Origin: Vicugna vicugna
Lineage: Eukaryota
Assembly: GCA_013265495.1 (NCBI GenBank)
Contig: MU060970.1
Location: 11,237,063-11,301,062, forward strand
Length of the DNA: 64,000 nucleotides
Direction: 5' to 3'
Positions 51,401-61,300 of the stretch are shown one piece after another. A program made the translations under genes and the position numbers. The notes under the pieces were generated by a model. It was not told where the DNA came from. It saw only the letters and a list, made by a program, of their open reading frames with translations, and did no database searches. Each line of letters begins with the position of its first letter. Positions within the stretch are counted from its first letter, which is position 1.

Positions 51401-54400
51401 GTGAGGGAGGCCGGACGGGCCTGTCCAGCAGAGCCCCACACGCCCACTAGCTCAACCCTACCCCAAGGGCCAGTGGCCTCCAGTGGCCCCTCCTCTCTCC
51501 AACAGGGCACCGGGAGGAAGGCACCAGCCACAGCCCACAGTCCTCTGGTCTCCCCGCCAGTCCTCCCTCCCTGCCTTTGCAAAGGCTACCCTGTCACTGA
51601 GCAGGGACTAGGGTCTTGAGTCTCTGGGGAGGCTGGGCCTGCTGATGCCCTCTGAGCCCTGTGCGTACTGGGGGCTTTGAGGGGGCTGCCAGCCTGGCCC
51701 AGACCCCGAAGCACCCAGACAAGGCCAGGAGTCCCACTTCCCTCTAATCTCACCCAGCCATGCCACAGGTTGGTACCTTATGTTCCAGATTGTCTCAGAA
51801 AGTCCCAATTTCCTTTCCTCTATCATCCCCTTGCTAGGCAGACAAGTGTCCTCCAAATACAGCATTTGGGCACTGAAATCCCACATCCCAGGCTGTTTCT
51901 CCACCCCCAAAGCAGAGACCAGGTATCCCAGTGTGGCCTGGTCAGTGGGCAGGGTGACCACACACAGAGCTGAGGAGGCGGGCTGCTTTCTCGGATGGGG
52001 CCGTTTGAGGTACTCATGGCACCAGGGCCTGACCCCTCAGAAAGCCCCCTGCCCAGGACGTCCCCTTCTCTGAGCCTCTGCCTGGGCCCTTGTTCAGTTC
52101 TCTCCCGGGTGGCTCTAGCTGGTCACTGGGCTCCAGCCTCGCCCTTGCCCTGTCCTGCAGGGTAGGGACAGGGCTCTGCCCTTGGATCCATCTCCTCAGG
52201 CATGGGGTGGAGGGAGCACCTGACCTGACACAGGGCCTACCTGGCAAATAAGCTCCCCTGGTGAGCAGCCAGCTAGGATCCCACTGGCACCCACCCTCTC
52301 TGTTCTACTCTGCTCCCATTGTCCCCAGGGCCCAAGCATTCTCCAGCCGCTGCACATGCTGCCCTGGCAGGTGGGACTGGGTGGGGCAGGTATGCAGCAG
52401 AAGGTGGCTGGGCCTGGGCCCTGGGCATCCTGCAACACTCCCAACCCCCACGGTGGCTGACACAGAGCCTGCGAGCCCATCGCCAGGCTGCCTGGGCAAA
52501 GGCGCTCTGTGAATGACCAGTCTGGGCTCCAGGAGGACCTGGCCTGGTGTACCGGTTGGCAGAGGCCGTGAGAACTCACCGCTGAGCAGGTGTGGTATCC
52601 AGTACCGAAGTCAAAGCGGCACTGCTCATCCATTGAGTAGTCAATGCCAGGCAGCTCCGGGGGCTGGGGCCAGGCGGGAGCAAAGGGGTCATCAAGGAGG
52701 CAGTCGTAGGAACTACCGGCAGAGACAGGGAGGTGAGGCAGGCAGGGGTGGGACCTCCCAAGCTCCCCCTGCCCAGTTGGGTAGAGGGCTCTCCCTTTCC
52801 CGGTAGTGGGGTGGGTTTAACTGAGCAAGGAAGGCCTGCAGGAATCTGCCCCCACTGCCCTGTGCCAGGACCTGTGTTCTCTGGGGAGCTCAGGCTGCCC
52901 TGAGCCCCCATCGCTTCCACCCAGGAGGCACCCAGGGCAAGGGCACCTAGGACTGGGTTAGGCACTCAGCCTGTACCTTTCTTACGGGGCCCACTTTGCC
53001 CATGTTAGAGGGACACACCATGGCCCAAATTAAGGGTTGGCTCAGGGACAATCTGAGGACTCATTGCGCTGGGGGAGGAAGAAGTCAGCGTGCCATACAG
53101 GATGGACGCTGGGCCCTGGCCAGCCGCTGCATGAGGTTAGTGCCAGCATCTCTGCCAGCACCTGCCCCACCGCCTCAATTCACTCTGCACCCACTCTCGG
53201 CCTTGAGCTCCCGAGTCTAATGCTTGTTCTGGGCCTCTATGTCCCTGGGGCCACAGGAGCTGACCAGCAAACCCGGCTCTAAGCATGTGTCAAGGGCGGG
53301 ATGCTATGGGAGGGGAAGTGACTTGGGGGTGACGGAGTGGCAGGATGCATGCTCCTGTCCTGGTCCGGAGGGCAGAAGTGACCTACGGGAGGTAGCGGCT
53401 GAGCTCCAGCTTGCTGCAGCGGGACCAGTGGAAGCGGTGGAAGGCAGCCTGCACCAGGGGCGCCATGACGCTGCCCAGGCTGGTCTCGTCTGCACAGCCG
53501 TTCCCCTGACCATCGTGCTCCATGCCAAGCCTAGGGTTGGGGGAGAGGACAGAGGGGAGCCCTGTGTCACACCCGCGGAGCCCACCCCGGGAAGACGGGC
53601 AGGCGAGCCAGAGACCCTGCCCTGACCAGGCTTCAGACTGTGCCTCGTGGCCTTGGTCTCCCCACTGTGCAGTGGGGAGGGCCACCCCCTAGATGGAAGC
53701 TAAGCCCACCCTGCCCCTAATCCACTCCTCAAACCCCACCCACATCCTCACAGCTTCCAAGGCCAGCTCAAGCCCCACTCTTGCCCTAGGACAAACTCCC
53801 TGGCCACCCTGCCCGTGGGCAGCCGCTGCGCCACCATTAACAACTCGCATGCTGTGCCCTGTCCTCCCTCCAGACCCAAGGCCTTCGTGTGCAAGGACCA
53901 GCCTCACTCTGTTCAGTTCAACCTCACTTATGCACCCCTCCCTGTATGCCAGCCTCTTTAGCTTCTCCCAGATTCCGTAGTACCCACGAGCTTTGAGTGT
54001 GGCATGCACCTGCCATGATAATAGTTTAAATGTAAAATTTCACTCTTTACAGTTAATATTTAACACCAAAACCCAAAGGTTCTAAATTCTTAAACGTTCC
54101 CAGGTGGCTGCATCTGCTTGACTGCTAGACAGACACATGGGCCTCTAAGCCTGACTTGTCTCTCCACAGGGAGGGCCTCTGTCAGTGAAGAGTGGGTACT
54201 CCCCGCCAACACCCCACATACAGCAAGACAAGCTTCTGGCTCCAGAATATGTGGAATCATTGGCTTCTAGGGCAGGAAGGGACCTCAGAGGTTTCCCTGG
54301 TGTCAGCCTTCATGTTGCTGATGAGAAAACAGAAGCCCTGGAGAGGAGACACCACCCGCCCAGTGAGGAGCAGGGCTGGGATGAGATCCGCACAGGCAGG

Positions 54401-57309
54401 CCCTGGGTCTGGCCCACTCCTCTCCTTCCTACATCCTTCCAGCTGCATAAACGCCCTTGCTCTGCACTCTGTGTGTGGGCTGAGCTGGAGGGCGTGTCCC
54501 TTAGCTCTGCCCTCAGGGACAGACAAGGCCAGGAGGCAGGACTATGGCACCTGTGTGTCATCATCAAACACCGTGGATGGTGGTGTCTTTGTTTTCTCCC
54601 AGCATGTAGCTTTTTGTATGCTTCTCTGTTCCATTCTCCACTGTAGCCCCATTTCTAGAACAGGGCCAGGAACAGGGTAGGTACTCAAGAAATACTAGTT
54701 GAATGAATGAATGAATATGCTCTAAACCAAATCCAGGCCTGAGCATCATACAAGCCAGCCACCAGCCTGGCCCGAGGCTTAGGTCTAAGTGCACCTGTTT
54801 ATGATGGACTCAGGCCAGCGCTCCAGTGCACTGAGCACCAGGGCAGGCTTCAGGTGTGGCTGGGACAGAGGGATAGAGGCCAGCCTAAGAGCAAAGCACT
54901 GCCTTTGAGGGGACACTGCCACTGACCTGCCAAAGGCAGGGCCAATCTGGTTACCCACAAACCTGGGATTTGCAGGCCGGTCCCAAGGCAGGCCCAGAAT
55001 TGCTGTCCAGGCCCTGGGGCTCCCTCTCCCATCAGGACAACTCCTCTGGCATCTCTTGGGACACTGGGATGGGAGCCTGATCTGGGGCAAAGCCTCCCAC
55101 ACGCACAGATCTCCTTGGAGCTTGAGGCACAGCCCACCCTCTCAGTGCCACTTACACGTGGCCAGTCTCGTGGGCCACCACGAAGGCCGAGGAGAAACCA
55201 TCCTCATGGTTGAGGGCACAGCTTCTCAGGGGGTGGCACATGCCAGTGACAGGCGCATAACCTGCCAGGGAGAGGGAGAGAAGACAGAGAGAGGTCATGC
55301 TCAGGTGAGGTAGGACTCGACGAGGTCTGCACTGAGCCAGCCACCACAGGGACATCCTGACCCCATCACTGCCAGAGGGTCCCTGGAGGAAGAAGGTACA
55401 GCCCACCCGGGGTACAGCACCTGGGCCGAGCTGCCCCCACATCCTAAGGCCTAAGGCCTTCCCTCTTGGCCTGTAGCTGCCCTGCGCCTGCCGGCCCCTC
55501 CTCTAAACAAGGTAGTGCACCCCGAGCCTGCTCACACTCCAACTTCCAAGCTGTGTCCCTCCAGCTAGTCAGTCACTGGTCAGTCAACAAACAAGCTCCA
55601 AATATATGGGGGTAGCAGGTGGCACCGTGTCAGACACTATGGGCAAAACAGAGGAATCAGGTATAAGCCCGCACTCCCCCCCCAACAACACATCCATGCA
55701 ATTAAGGGGTAGATGGCTTAGCAGGGAGACTAGGGGTTGGGTCAGCTCAGGTGTGGGTCTGCAGTGACGGAGTTCAAGGAGCACAGAGGGGTGTGTAGGG
55801 TGACTGTGCTGTAACCTTCTGTCTTCATCCCAGGAAAGGAAGGCCCTGGTCTACCCGCAGATCCACGCCCCTCCAGCCCAGTGATCCACACCCACTCATC
55901 TCCCAGATTCTCCCAACTGTGGCGTGGGGGAAATAGTATTTGTCTCCTCCATTCCAGGGCTGCTAAAAGGGCAGAGGGAGGCATGAAATGTCTGTGACAG
56001 AGTACGGCTGGAAGCGCTCTGTCAACACAGGAAGCTTTGCCTGTGATGGAGGCAGAAGGATACAACATGGACAGAAGCATCCTGAAGATCACCGAGGTCT
56101 TCAAGCAGCCAGGCTCCGGGACAGTGAGCACAGGGCCCAGGGCCTGACTCACAACCATCTATCTTCAGGCTCAACCAAGGCAGCAAGAACCAGAGTGGGG
56201 GCCCCTTCACTTCCCCTGGCCCCCAAGAAACCATTTCAAAGCTCGCCCACTTGTCCGGCCAGGTCGTGTCTCCAAAGTCCCACAGACAGTTTTGCTGACA
56301 GAAAATCTGGCCCCTCAAAACATCCTGGAGTGGCCTCAGAGAGAATCCTGGCCTCTGCCCTGCAGCTCCACACACCTGGCCAGGACAAATACAGTACCTT
56401 GCATACCTGAGGGCCCAAAGTCCTGCCGGGTGAGGAAGACGACGTGGTCGTGGTGCTCTGCGTGGCCGGGGTCTTGGCGCTGTTGAGAGTGCGCCCAGCG
56501 ACACACCTGCTCCAGGCTGCGGGAGGGGTTCCCGTGCTCGATCAGGCTCAGGGACTGCAGGGCCAGAGAGCAGGGTGGCCAGTCAGAGCCCACAGACCAC
56601 AACAAGGACCTGGCACGCCACTCCCACATGCAGGGACACTGAGGCCGGCGGTACAGCAGTGCCTACCCCAAGGTCACCGCTGTCCCACTCTGGCTGCGGC
56701 TGGCACACAGCCCCCCACCCCACCCCCACTTTAGGGAATGTTCCTTTGCCAGGGCACCTGTCTGCTGAGAGAGAACACATTATCTCTAATCCCTCAACTA
56801 ACCTGCAAGGCAGGTGCCGCTCTGAGCATCTCCGCTGTATGTTCATCATCTCATTTAATCTTCACAATAGTCCCAGGAGGGAAGTTCTGTTGTTACTTCC
56901 CTTTGGGGAAGAACAAGCGACAGAGCCCAGGGCCCCAGGGCCCAGCCCCGGAGGGACTTGTCTTGTTGCTTCCCCTCTAAGCCCCACTTTCCCCATCCAC
57001 TCAAGGAGAGGGACCTTCAGCTCTAGGGGTTTAGGACTGTCCGTTTATCTGATCAGAGGGAATCATACACCCCTGCTTACCAACCCCGAATGGCCCTGTC
57101 ATTGAAGCCTCAACTCTAACAGTCTCCGGGTTCTGATTCTGAAGACAAAATGTTTCCTAGATCCTGTCCCTCCTCTCCCACAACCTTTCTCCCTCCAAAC
57201 CCTGCCTGCTGACAAGAGGGTTTACCTGCCGGTAGCCAACCATGATCAAGCGGACCAGGGCGATGTTTATGTGGGCCCCCAGGGACTCGTCGTGGTAAAT
57301 CTCATCCAC
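28152..57309 (-). CDS. ADAMTS14: ADAMTS14 procollagen N-proteinase, exons 5-22 (metalloprotease, disintegrin-like, TSP1, Cys-rich, spacer, 3x TSP1, PNP region, PLAC)
   Basis: Zinc motif HETGHVLGMEHD (Thr typical of ADAMTS2/3/14), Met-turn VMAP, TSP1 WSSW...[12 protein letters not shown], and the ADAMTS14-type C-terminus ...[13 protein letters not shown]. Seventeen exons traced with GT-AG and consistent phase. Exons 1-4 were not found and presumably lie beyond the window. Confidence 0.97.
28842..29027 (+). mobile_element. MER5A-like hAT-Charlie MITE
   Basis: TIRs cagtggttctc...gagaaccacg; internal agacctactgaatcag...ctgtgttttaacaa. Confidence 0.85.
29365..29575 (+). mobile_element. MIR SINE
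   Basis: ctaccactt...ccttgggcaagtcacttaa...cagtttc...taaaatggggataat. Confidence 0.8.
29685..29832. repeat. Polypurine (GA-rich) tract with G-runs
   Basis: About 145 nt almost entirely A/G on the + strand. Confidence 0.85.
29842..29860 (+). promoter_or_regulatory. Candidate CTCF site TCGCCTCTAGATGGCGCCA
   Basis: Close match to the CCASYAGRKGGCRS core; two CpGs retained in a CpG-poor intron. Confidence 0.6.
30875..30985 (-). CDS. ADAMTS14: ADAMTS14 exon 21 ([37 protein letters not shown])
   Basis: ccccctcacag| acceptor, CAA|gtaagt donor; 111 nt; not in the ORF track, found by reading the splice sites. Confidence 0.92.
31089..31218 (-). CDS. ADAMTS14: ADAMTS14 exon 20 ([16 protein letters not shown]...CSLPTCG)
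   Basis: tttccctggcag| acceptor, GAG|gtgagc donor; 130 nt. Confidence 0.96.
32330..33050 (-). mobile_element. Old L1 fragments (L1ME-like followed by L1MA/MB 3' end, partly N)
   Basis: aaatttaccac...gtgtacagttcagtggcattaagt.tattcacatt.ttgtgcaccatcactaccatc...gtggaatcacacaat...ctggcttatt. Confidence 0.75.
33110..33600 (+). mobile_element. L2 LINE 3' region
   Basis: tctcacctcaaatgtcacctcctcagagaggccctccctga and ctccccgaggacaagaat..gtctgtct are L2 hallmark motifs. Confidence 0.75.
33796..34003 (-). CDS. ADAMTS14: ADAMTS14 exon 19 ([17 protein letters not shown]...[13 protein letters not shown])
   Basis: gtctccag| acceptor, CAG|gtgagt donor; 208 nt. Confidence 0.96.
35839..35971 (-). CDS. ADAMTS14: ADAMTS14 exon 18 ([16 protein letters not shown]...[10 protein letters not shown])
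   Basis: tcccttcag| acceptor, TGT|gtgagt donor; 133 nt. Confidence 0.96.
36429..36597 (-). CDS. ADAMTS14: ADAMTS14 exon 17 ([17 protein letters not shown]...[17 protein letters not shown])
   Basis: ccccttcag| acceptor, GAG|gtactg donor; 169 nt. Confidence 0.96.
36945..37365 (-). mobile_element. L1M ORF2 fragment
   Basis: cttatcagatata.gact.gcaaat.ttttctcccattctgt...gtgtgaggcaggggttcaacttcattcttttgca.gtggat...ccccattgaatggtcttggc. Confidence 0.85.
38090..38253 (-). CDS. ADAMTS14: ADAMTS14 exon 16 ([17 protein letters not shown]...[10 protein letters not shown])
   Basis: ccccatggccag| acceptor, CTG|gtgagc donor; 164 nt. Confidence 0.95.
41063..41278 (-). mobile_element. Old L1MA/MB 3' end
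   Basis: gaaatataattcaca.accataca...aatctactttctgtctctatggatttgcctatt.tggaca. Confidence 0.8.
41293..41649 (-). mobile_element. Camelid vic-1-type tRNA-derived SINE plus about 250 nt 3' extension, inside a 14-bp TSD
   Basis: Minus strand ggggagggtgtagctcagtggtagagtgcatgcctagcatgtacaaggtcctggattcaatccccagtacctcc (A and B boxes). TSD CATGTTCATTTTTT at 41279..41292 and 41650..41663. Confidence 0.88.
41890..42260 (+). mobile_element. MaLR LTR (MLT1F/G-like)
   Basis: tgtggtagactgcaaaaatggc...cccatcaagaggtagtct...tctgggcttggccatg.gacttgc; right end approximate. Confidence 0.8.
42411..42462. repeat. (TACA)n tetranucleotide microsatellite with one interruption
   Basis: acatacatac...atatatacatacatacatacata. 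Confidence 0.92.
42599..42679 (-). CDS. ADAMTS14: ADAMTS14 exon 15 ([27 protein letters not shown]; spacer)
   Basis: ctgtggcag| acceptor, TTG|gtgagt donor; 81 nt. Confidence 0.95.
43620..43759 (-). other. ADAMTS14: N-run inferred to conceal ADAMTS14 exon 14 (GCDK...DKCGVCGGDNSHC region)
   Basis: Exon 13 ends in phase 0 and exon 15 starts in phase 1, so a 3n+1 exon is missing. The minus strand reads ccccatctctggcctca directly into the 140 N (an acceptor lacking only its final g). No other candidate was seen between 42680 and 44116. Confidence 0.85.
44117..44250 (-). CDS. ADAMTS14: ADAMTS14 exon 13 ([16 protein letters not shown]...[20 protein letters not shown])
   Basis: tcccccatag| acceptor, GTG|gtaggt donor; 134 nt. 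Confidence 0.96.
44532..44555. repeat. (ATC)8 trinucleotide microsatellite
   Basis: atcatcatcatcatcatcatcatc at the tail of a MIR. Confidence 0.9.
44557..44815 (-). mobile_element. MIR SINE (near full length)
   Basis: aacacttagtgaatgc...ttacagaggaagaaaccaagg.ccagagaggttagg..tttgctcaaggccacacagc...ggattc.aac.caggcagtctggc. Confidence 0.8.
46525..46700 (-). CDS. ADAMTS14: ADAMTS14 exon 12 (PAYGGRLC...[11 protein letters not shown]...WVPYEPDD)
   Basis: ttgccccag| acceptor, ACG|gtgagc donor; 176 nt. Confidence 0.96.
48667..48815 (-). CDS. ADAMTS14: ADAMTS14 exon 11 (WCFKGHC...[20 protein letters not shown]; central TSP1)
   Basis: ccctcccag| acceptor, CCC|gtgagt donor; 149 nt. Confidence 0.96.
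49618..50185 (+). mobile_element. MER5-like hAT MITE interrupted by nested insertions
   Basis: TIRs cagtggttctcag (49618) and ctgagagccactg (ending 50185). Confidence 0.7.
49754..49962 (+). mobile_element. Tigger2-derived MITE (TcMar)
   Basis: TA followed by caattgaccgctgaacaactcgggggttagggg...gcagttcaaacctgtgttgttgaagagtcaactg; matching TIRs. Confidence 0.82.
51163..51276 (-). CDS. ADAMTS14: ADAMTS14 exon 10 ([38 protein letters not shown])
   Basis: gccgcacag| acceptor, AAG|gtaccc donor; 114 nt. Confidence 0.96.
52580..52712 (-). CDS. ADAMTS14: ADAMTS14 exon 9 ([10 protein letters not shown]...[16 protein letters not shown])
   Basis: ctgccggtag| acceptor, GCG|gtgagt donor; 133 nt. Confidence 0.94.
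53387..53530 (-). CDS. ADAMTS14: ADAMTS14 exon 8 ([12 protein letters not shown]...VMAP...LSRYLP)
   Basis: aaccctag| acceptor, CCC|gtaggt donor; 144 nt; third zinc His and Met-turn. Confidence 0.96.
54640..54720 (+). mobile_element. L2 3' end
   Basis: ctagaacagggcc.ggaacag.gtaggtactcaagaaata..agttgaatgaatgaatgaat. Confidence 0.7.
55156..55261 (-). CDS. ADAMTS14: ADAMTS14 exon 7 (GYAPVTGMC...VAHETGHV)
   Basis: ccctggcag| acceptor, CGT|gtaagt donor; 106 nt; first part of the zinc motif. Confidence 0.96.
56407..56554 (-). CDS. ADAMTS14: ADAMTS14 exon 6 ([18 protein letters not shown]...RQDFGPS); alternative donor extends it to 56398 (+MQG)
   Basis: ccctgcag| acceptor; donors TCAG|gtatgc and CAAG|gtactg 9 nt apart. 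Confidence 0.95.
57226..57309 (-). CDS. ADAMTS14: ADAMTS14 exon 5 ([28 protein letters not shown])
   Basis: ttcttgcag| acceptor, CAG|gtaaac donor; 84 nt, phase 0-0. Confidence 0.95.
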
Positions 57310-58283
57310 CTGCAAGAATAGAAGAGCACCTAGTTTCAGGAGAAGCAAGCATTCATTACAAGTCCCCCGCATGCCAGGCATCCGACACATTCTCCTATTT
57401 CATCCTTTCCACGGCCTTATCTGGAAGGCATTCCTAGCCTGATTTCCAGATGAAGAAACTGAGGCAGAGGGAGGCAAGATGATCGGCCCAAAGACATGCA
57501 GTTAACAAACTGCAGGGCTGCAGTTCGAATCCTGGCTCACCGAATTCCGATCCTGAGCTCTCTCCAGGAAGCTGAAGTGTGAGGGGGCCTGGTCTCAAAG
57601 CCAGCAACTCGGACTGACTTGTTTTTCCATGCCTCTGAAGAGTCCCTCCAGAAATACCACAGCTCAGGCCACTCGTCCTCACCGCCCTGTATAGCTTTCC
57701 AGTTGCCACTAGAATCATCTGTCTGCCCTGTGGTGCCGGAGCACACCTCCAGGGCAAATTCGGAGGGGGAAGTGCTCTAGCACCTTCAAGCAGAAGCAGC
57801 AGCAGAGGAGCCTGTTAAAAATGCAGCCTCTTTGGTCCACCTCCTGAATCAGAGTCTGCCTTTGGGCAAGATCCCCAGTGATTCTCAGGCACGGTCAAGT
57901 TTCAGGGGAGGAGAGCTGCACTGGATCCATCCCTTGTCCCACAGGCTCAGGGACCTGGGGGGCAGTCCTGGCACAGTCCATCAAAGAATGCAGCCCTCTC
58001 CAAACCCCTGGTCGGGAGACCTGGAACAGTGTCCGTGACAGACTGGACCCTGCCTCTGCCTGTCCACCCCCAAGGACAGGGAGCTCACCTGCTCCTGAAG
58101 ATGCCCATCTCCTGAGTGGTCCCACTGGACAACTCCAGCTTTTTAGTTTTCAACAACTTTTATTCCTGAATACAAAACATTCCACTCTAAAAACTTTGAA
58201 AAGTATCCAAAAAAGAAAAAAATTAAGTCATCTACTATATACCAGCCAGATATATAACAACCACAGTTAACACAGCTTCCTGC

Positions 58284-58302
58284 TGTGTGTGTGTGTGTGT
58301 GT
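58284..58302. repeat. (TG)n microsatellite
   Basis: tgtgtgtgtgtgtgtgtgt. Confidence 0.88.
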
Positions 58303-61300
58303 CTTATTTTACAAAACTGGAGTCCTACTGAATATACTGTTTGTAGTTTTCTTATTTTAAAAAACATCATTCTGTGGATTTAAAAGCATCACTTCTAAAG
58401 TCTACACGTCATGGTCCAACACTTACGTAACTACGCCCCTAGTTGGGCATAACCCCAGGGAGAAGTGACTTGTCCAGCAGGAAAAATGAAATGTTCAGCA
58501 GGTCACAGCAACGCACAGCACACAGCAACGCAGCTACCAGGAGCTAGAGTCCTGGGTTCAAATCCCAGCACTGCCCCTTCTGAGCTGGGTGGCTTGGGGC
58601 ACATCAGGTAACTCCTTAGAACCTCCATTTCTGTTCCTGTAGAATAGGGGTCATAATGGCTGTCGTAGGGCTGGCATGTGGATGCTCATACCAACGCAAC
58701 ATCTGGGAACAGGAATGAGTCTCTCGGGCAGAGGGGCTCACAGGCACGGTCACAGATGGAGGCGGAAGTGGAACTCTGACTCTTGACTCCTATCCGCACG
58801 GTTTCCCGGGAGCTGGGATGGAGATTCAGGAATGATTCTGTTCTTACCACTTCACTTCTCCACGCCCTTCAGCTCATGAGCAAAGGAACCAGCCTACAAT
58901 CCCTGAGGGAACAGCTGTCTACCAGATGGAGAGGAACAGTGTGGCCAACTCAACATATGATAGCCCCATGGGGAAGGGACGGCCGGAAGGGGGACCGGAG
59001 GTCTGCTGCTGCTCTGACGCACCCTTCCTGAGCCAGCAAGGACAGAGCCAGGCTGTGGGTCCAGAGCTGCAGCGGCAGGAGCTGCAGGCACCACGGAGCC
59101 CCGGCTCGCTCTCCCAGAACTAGCAGCTGCCCCAATTCATAAGCATGTAGACCTCAGAGCCGCCAGTGTCAGGCTTCCCCAAGGGCCTGCCTGGCACCCA
59201 TGTCTGGATTTAACTGAGACAGCAGGCCCCCCAACCCCCACCACATGTAACGATGTTAAGTCCGACAGGTGGGGGCACTTCCCTCCAGCCCCCTCCCCTC
59301 TCCTGCAGAAGCAAAGGCACCACGGGAGCAAAGTGCTCAAATGCATAAAAAGGCGATGTCCTTCTCCACCTGCCTGCCCTGACTCATCCCAGGAGAACTG
59401 TGGGGTCCTAGGAGGGATGCAGGTCCAATCAGCCACACACACATTTTCTCCCTAACAGAATTCCAACCTAAGGACTCTGCTGACCCACTGAAATGATACT
59501 CAGTCTGCAACAGAATGATCCAACTAACCCCAACATCTCAGCCCCTCTGACATCAGTACACGGCCTTCCTTCTACACAAGGGTGTGGCCAGTGACTCATA
59601 CCTCCCTGACGTGCCCTGTAAGAGTGCAGACCAAGGATGGGGTTGTGAGCAACATATGCTCCACACAGACACATCTGTGCACCTCATAAACACGTGCAAA
59701 CCCACCAGTCACCCCAGGGTAGCGGAAGAGAGTGTCACCGGGACACAAGGGTGGGGCATCTGCAGGGCCTCTGGGTGCTTGAAGGACCAAAGGCCACAGC
59801 CTGCCTTCCTTCATCTCTCTCCAAAATGGCCAAATGCTGCCAGAATCTGGCCACAATACTCATTTCTGTCCCACACTCAGAAGGCCAAATGCACCCATCA
59901 AGGCCTGCAGTGACCCCTGCTCCAACACTGCATCTCCAGTCCAGGACACTGGGAGGTAGTCCCTCACGGCAGAATCTGGGAGGGGGCTGCTGCACTCTGA
60001 GCCCGAGTGCCCAACGCTGGTGCGGAGGGTATTGAGTGGGGGCCTCCTGACACCAACTCCCACTCCCAAGTAACTGGCCTGAATGCAAATACTGAACAAG
60101 CAGAATGCGCCATCTGGAGACACCACTCAGCGCTCTGAAATAATCTGGAAATCAAAGTGGGGGTTCAGGGGAGAGGATGGTGCACGTGAGAAGGAGGGGT
60201 CAGGCAGGTCTTGCTGGAAGAGCTGGAATGATCTTTGACTAAGAAGCTCGTTGACCCTTCCTAGGAGATGGGCAGAGGCATGATGCAGGGGAGAGGAAGG
60301 CAGGAGTTACATGGAGCCACCAAGAAAGCCCCAGGCCACTGGCAATCAAGCTAACTGAGGCTAATCCCCCACATAACAGGGAGTTTCCTTCCTGCCCATG
60401 CATGCACACCTCCAGCAACGGGGCGCTCTCGGCCATTAGAAAGTTTTCTATGCCATGAGCCCTATTCTGCCTTCCTGTTCACCTCTTCCCCTGGCCTCAA
60501 GTCTCCCTCTTGAGGTTTCATTGAGCATGTCGGCTCCTTCCTGGGGATGGATGGTGACCACAGTCTCCCAGGGACGCCTCTCCAGCTCACAGTGGTCAAA
60601 GAGAAAACATTACAGGCAGCAAGAAAGAAGACAGATCACTCACCAAGGAAGGACCACTGGGTTGGGAGGAGGTTTTCAACAGTAACAGGGAAGACCCTGA
60701 AGTAACACCATCAAAACACCAAGACAAAGAAACCATCAACCTAGACTCCCAGACCCAGCAAACCATCTTTTAAGAATCATGATGAAATGAAGACATTACC
60801 AAGTAACAGAAAACTGAGACAGTCAAACAGACCCTACTGAAGGATCTGCAGGAAAGGAAGACGGAAAATTATCTCCAAAAGGCAGCAGTACAAGAATGCA
60901 TAACAATTGTGAGGCTGTGATAGGGGCAGGGTTCACCAGTGAGAGGTAGTCTGCTCTTTCCTTACATTAAATAAGAATAATGACAATAAATTTTCTCCTT
61001 TATTCCCCTCCCCAAAAGAGTGGGGATGGCCCTGCCGCCCTAGTCTGGTCTGTCTCTGGGGCCCCAGCATGCTCAGCTGCACACACCCCTGCCTGCCTTG
61101 AGTGGGGACCTCAGCAGCTTTGTTTCAGCTGGAGCCACCCTGACACTGTGCAGGCGGAGGAGGCGGCTGGACAGGGCTGCCGTGTGCAGCAGAACCGCAG
61201 AGGCCTCTGGGCACAGGGGTTCCACCCACAGCCCGGAGCTGGTGCTGGTGTCACAGCGAGGAGGTACAGCTGCCTACAAGTCTCCAGCCCGGCTATGCAC

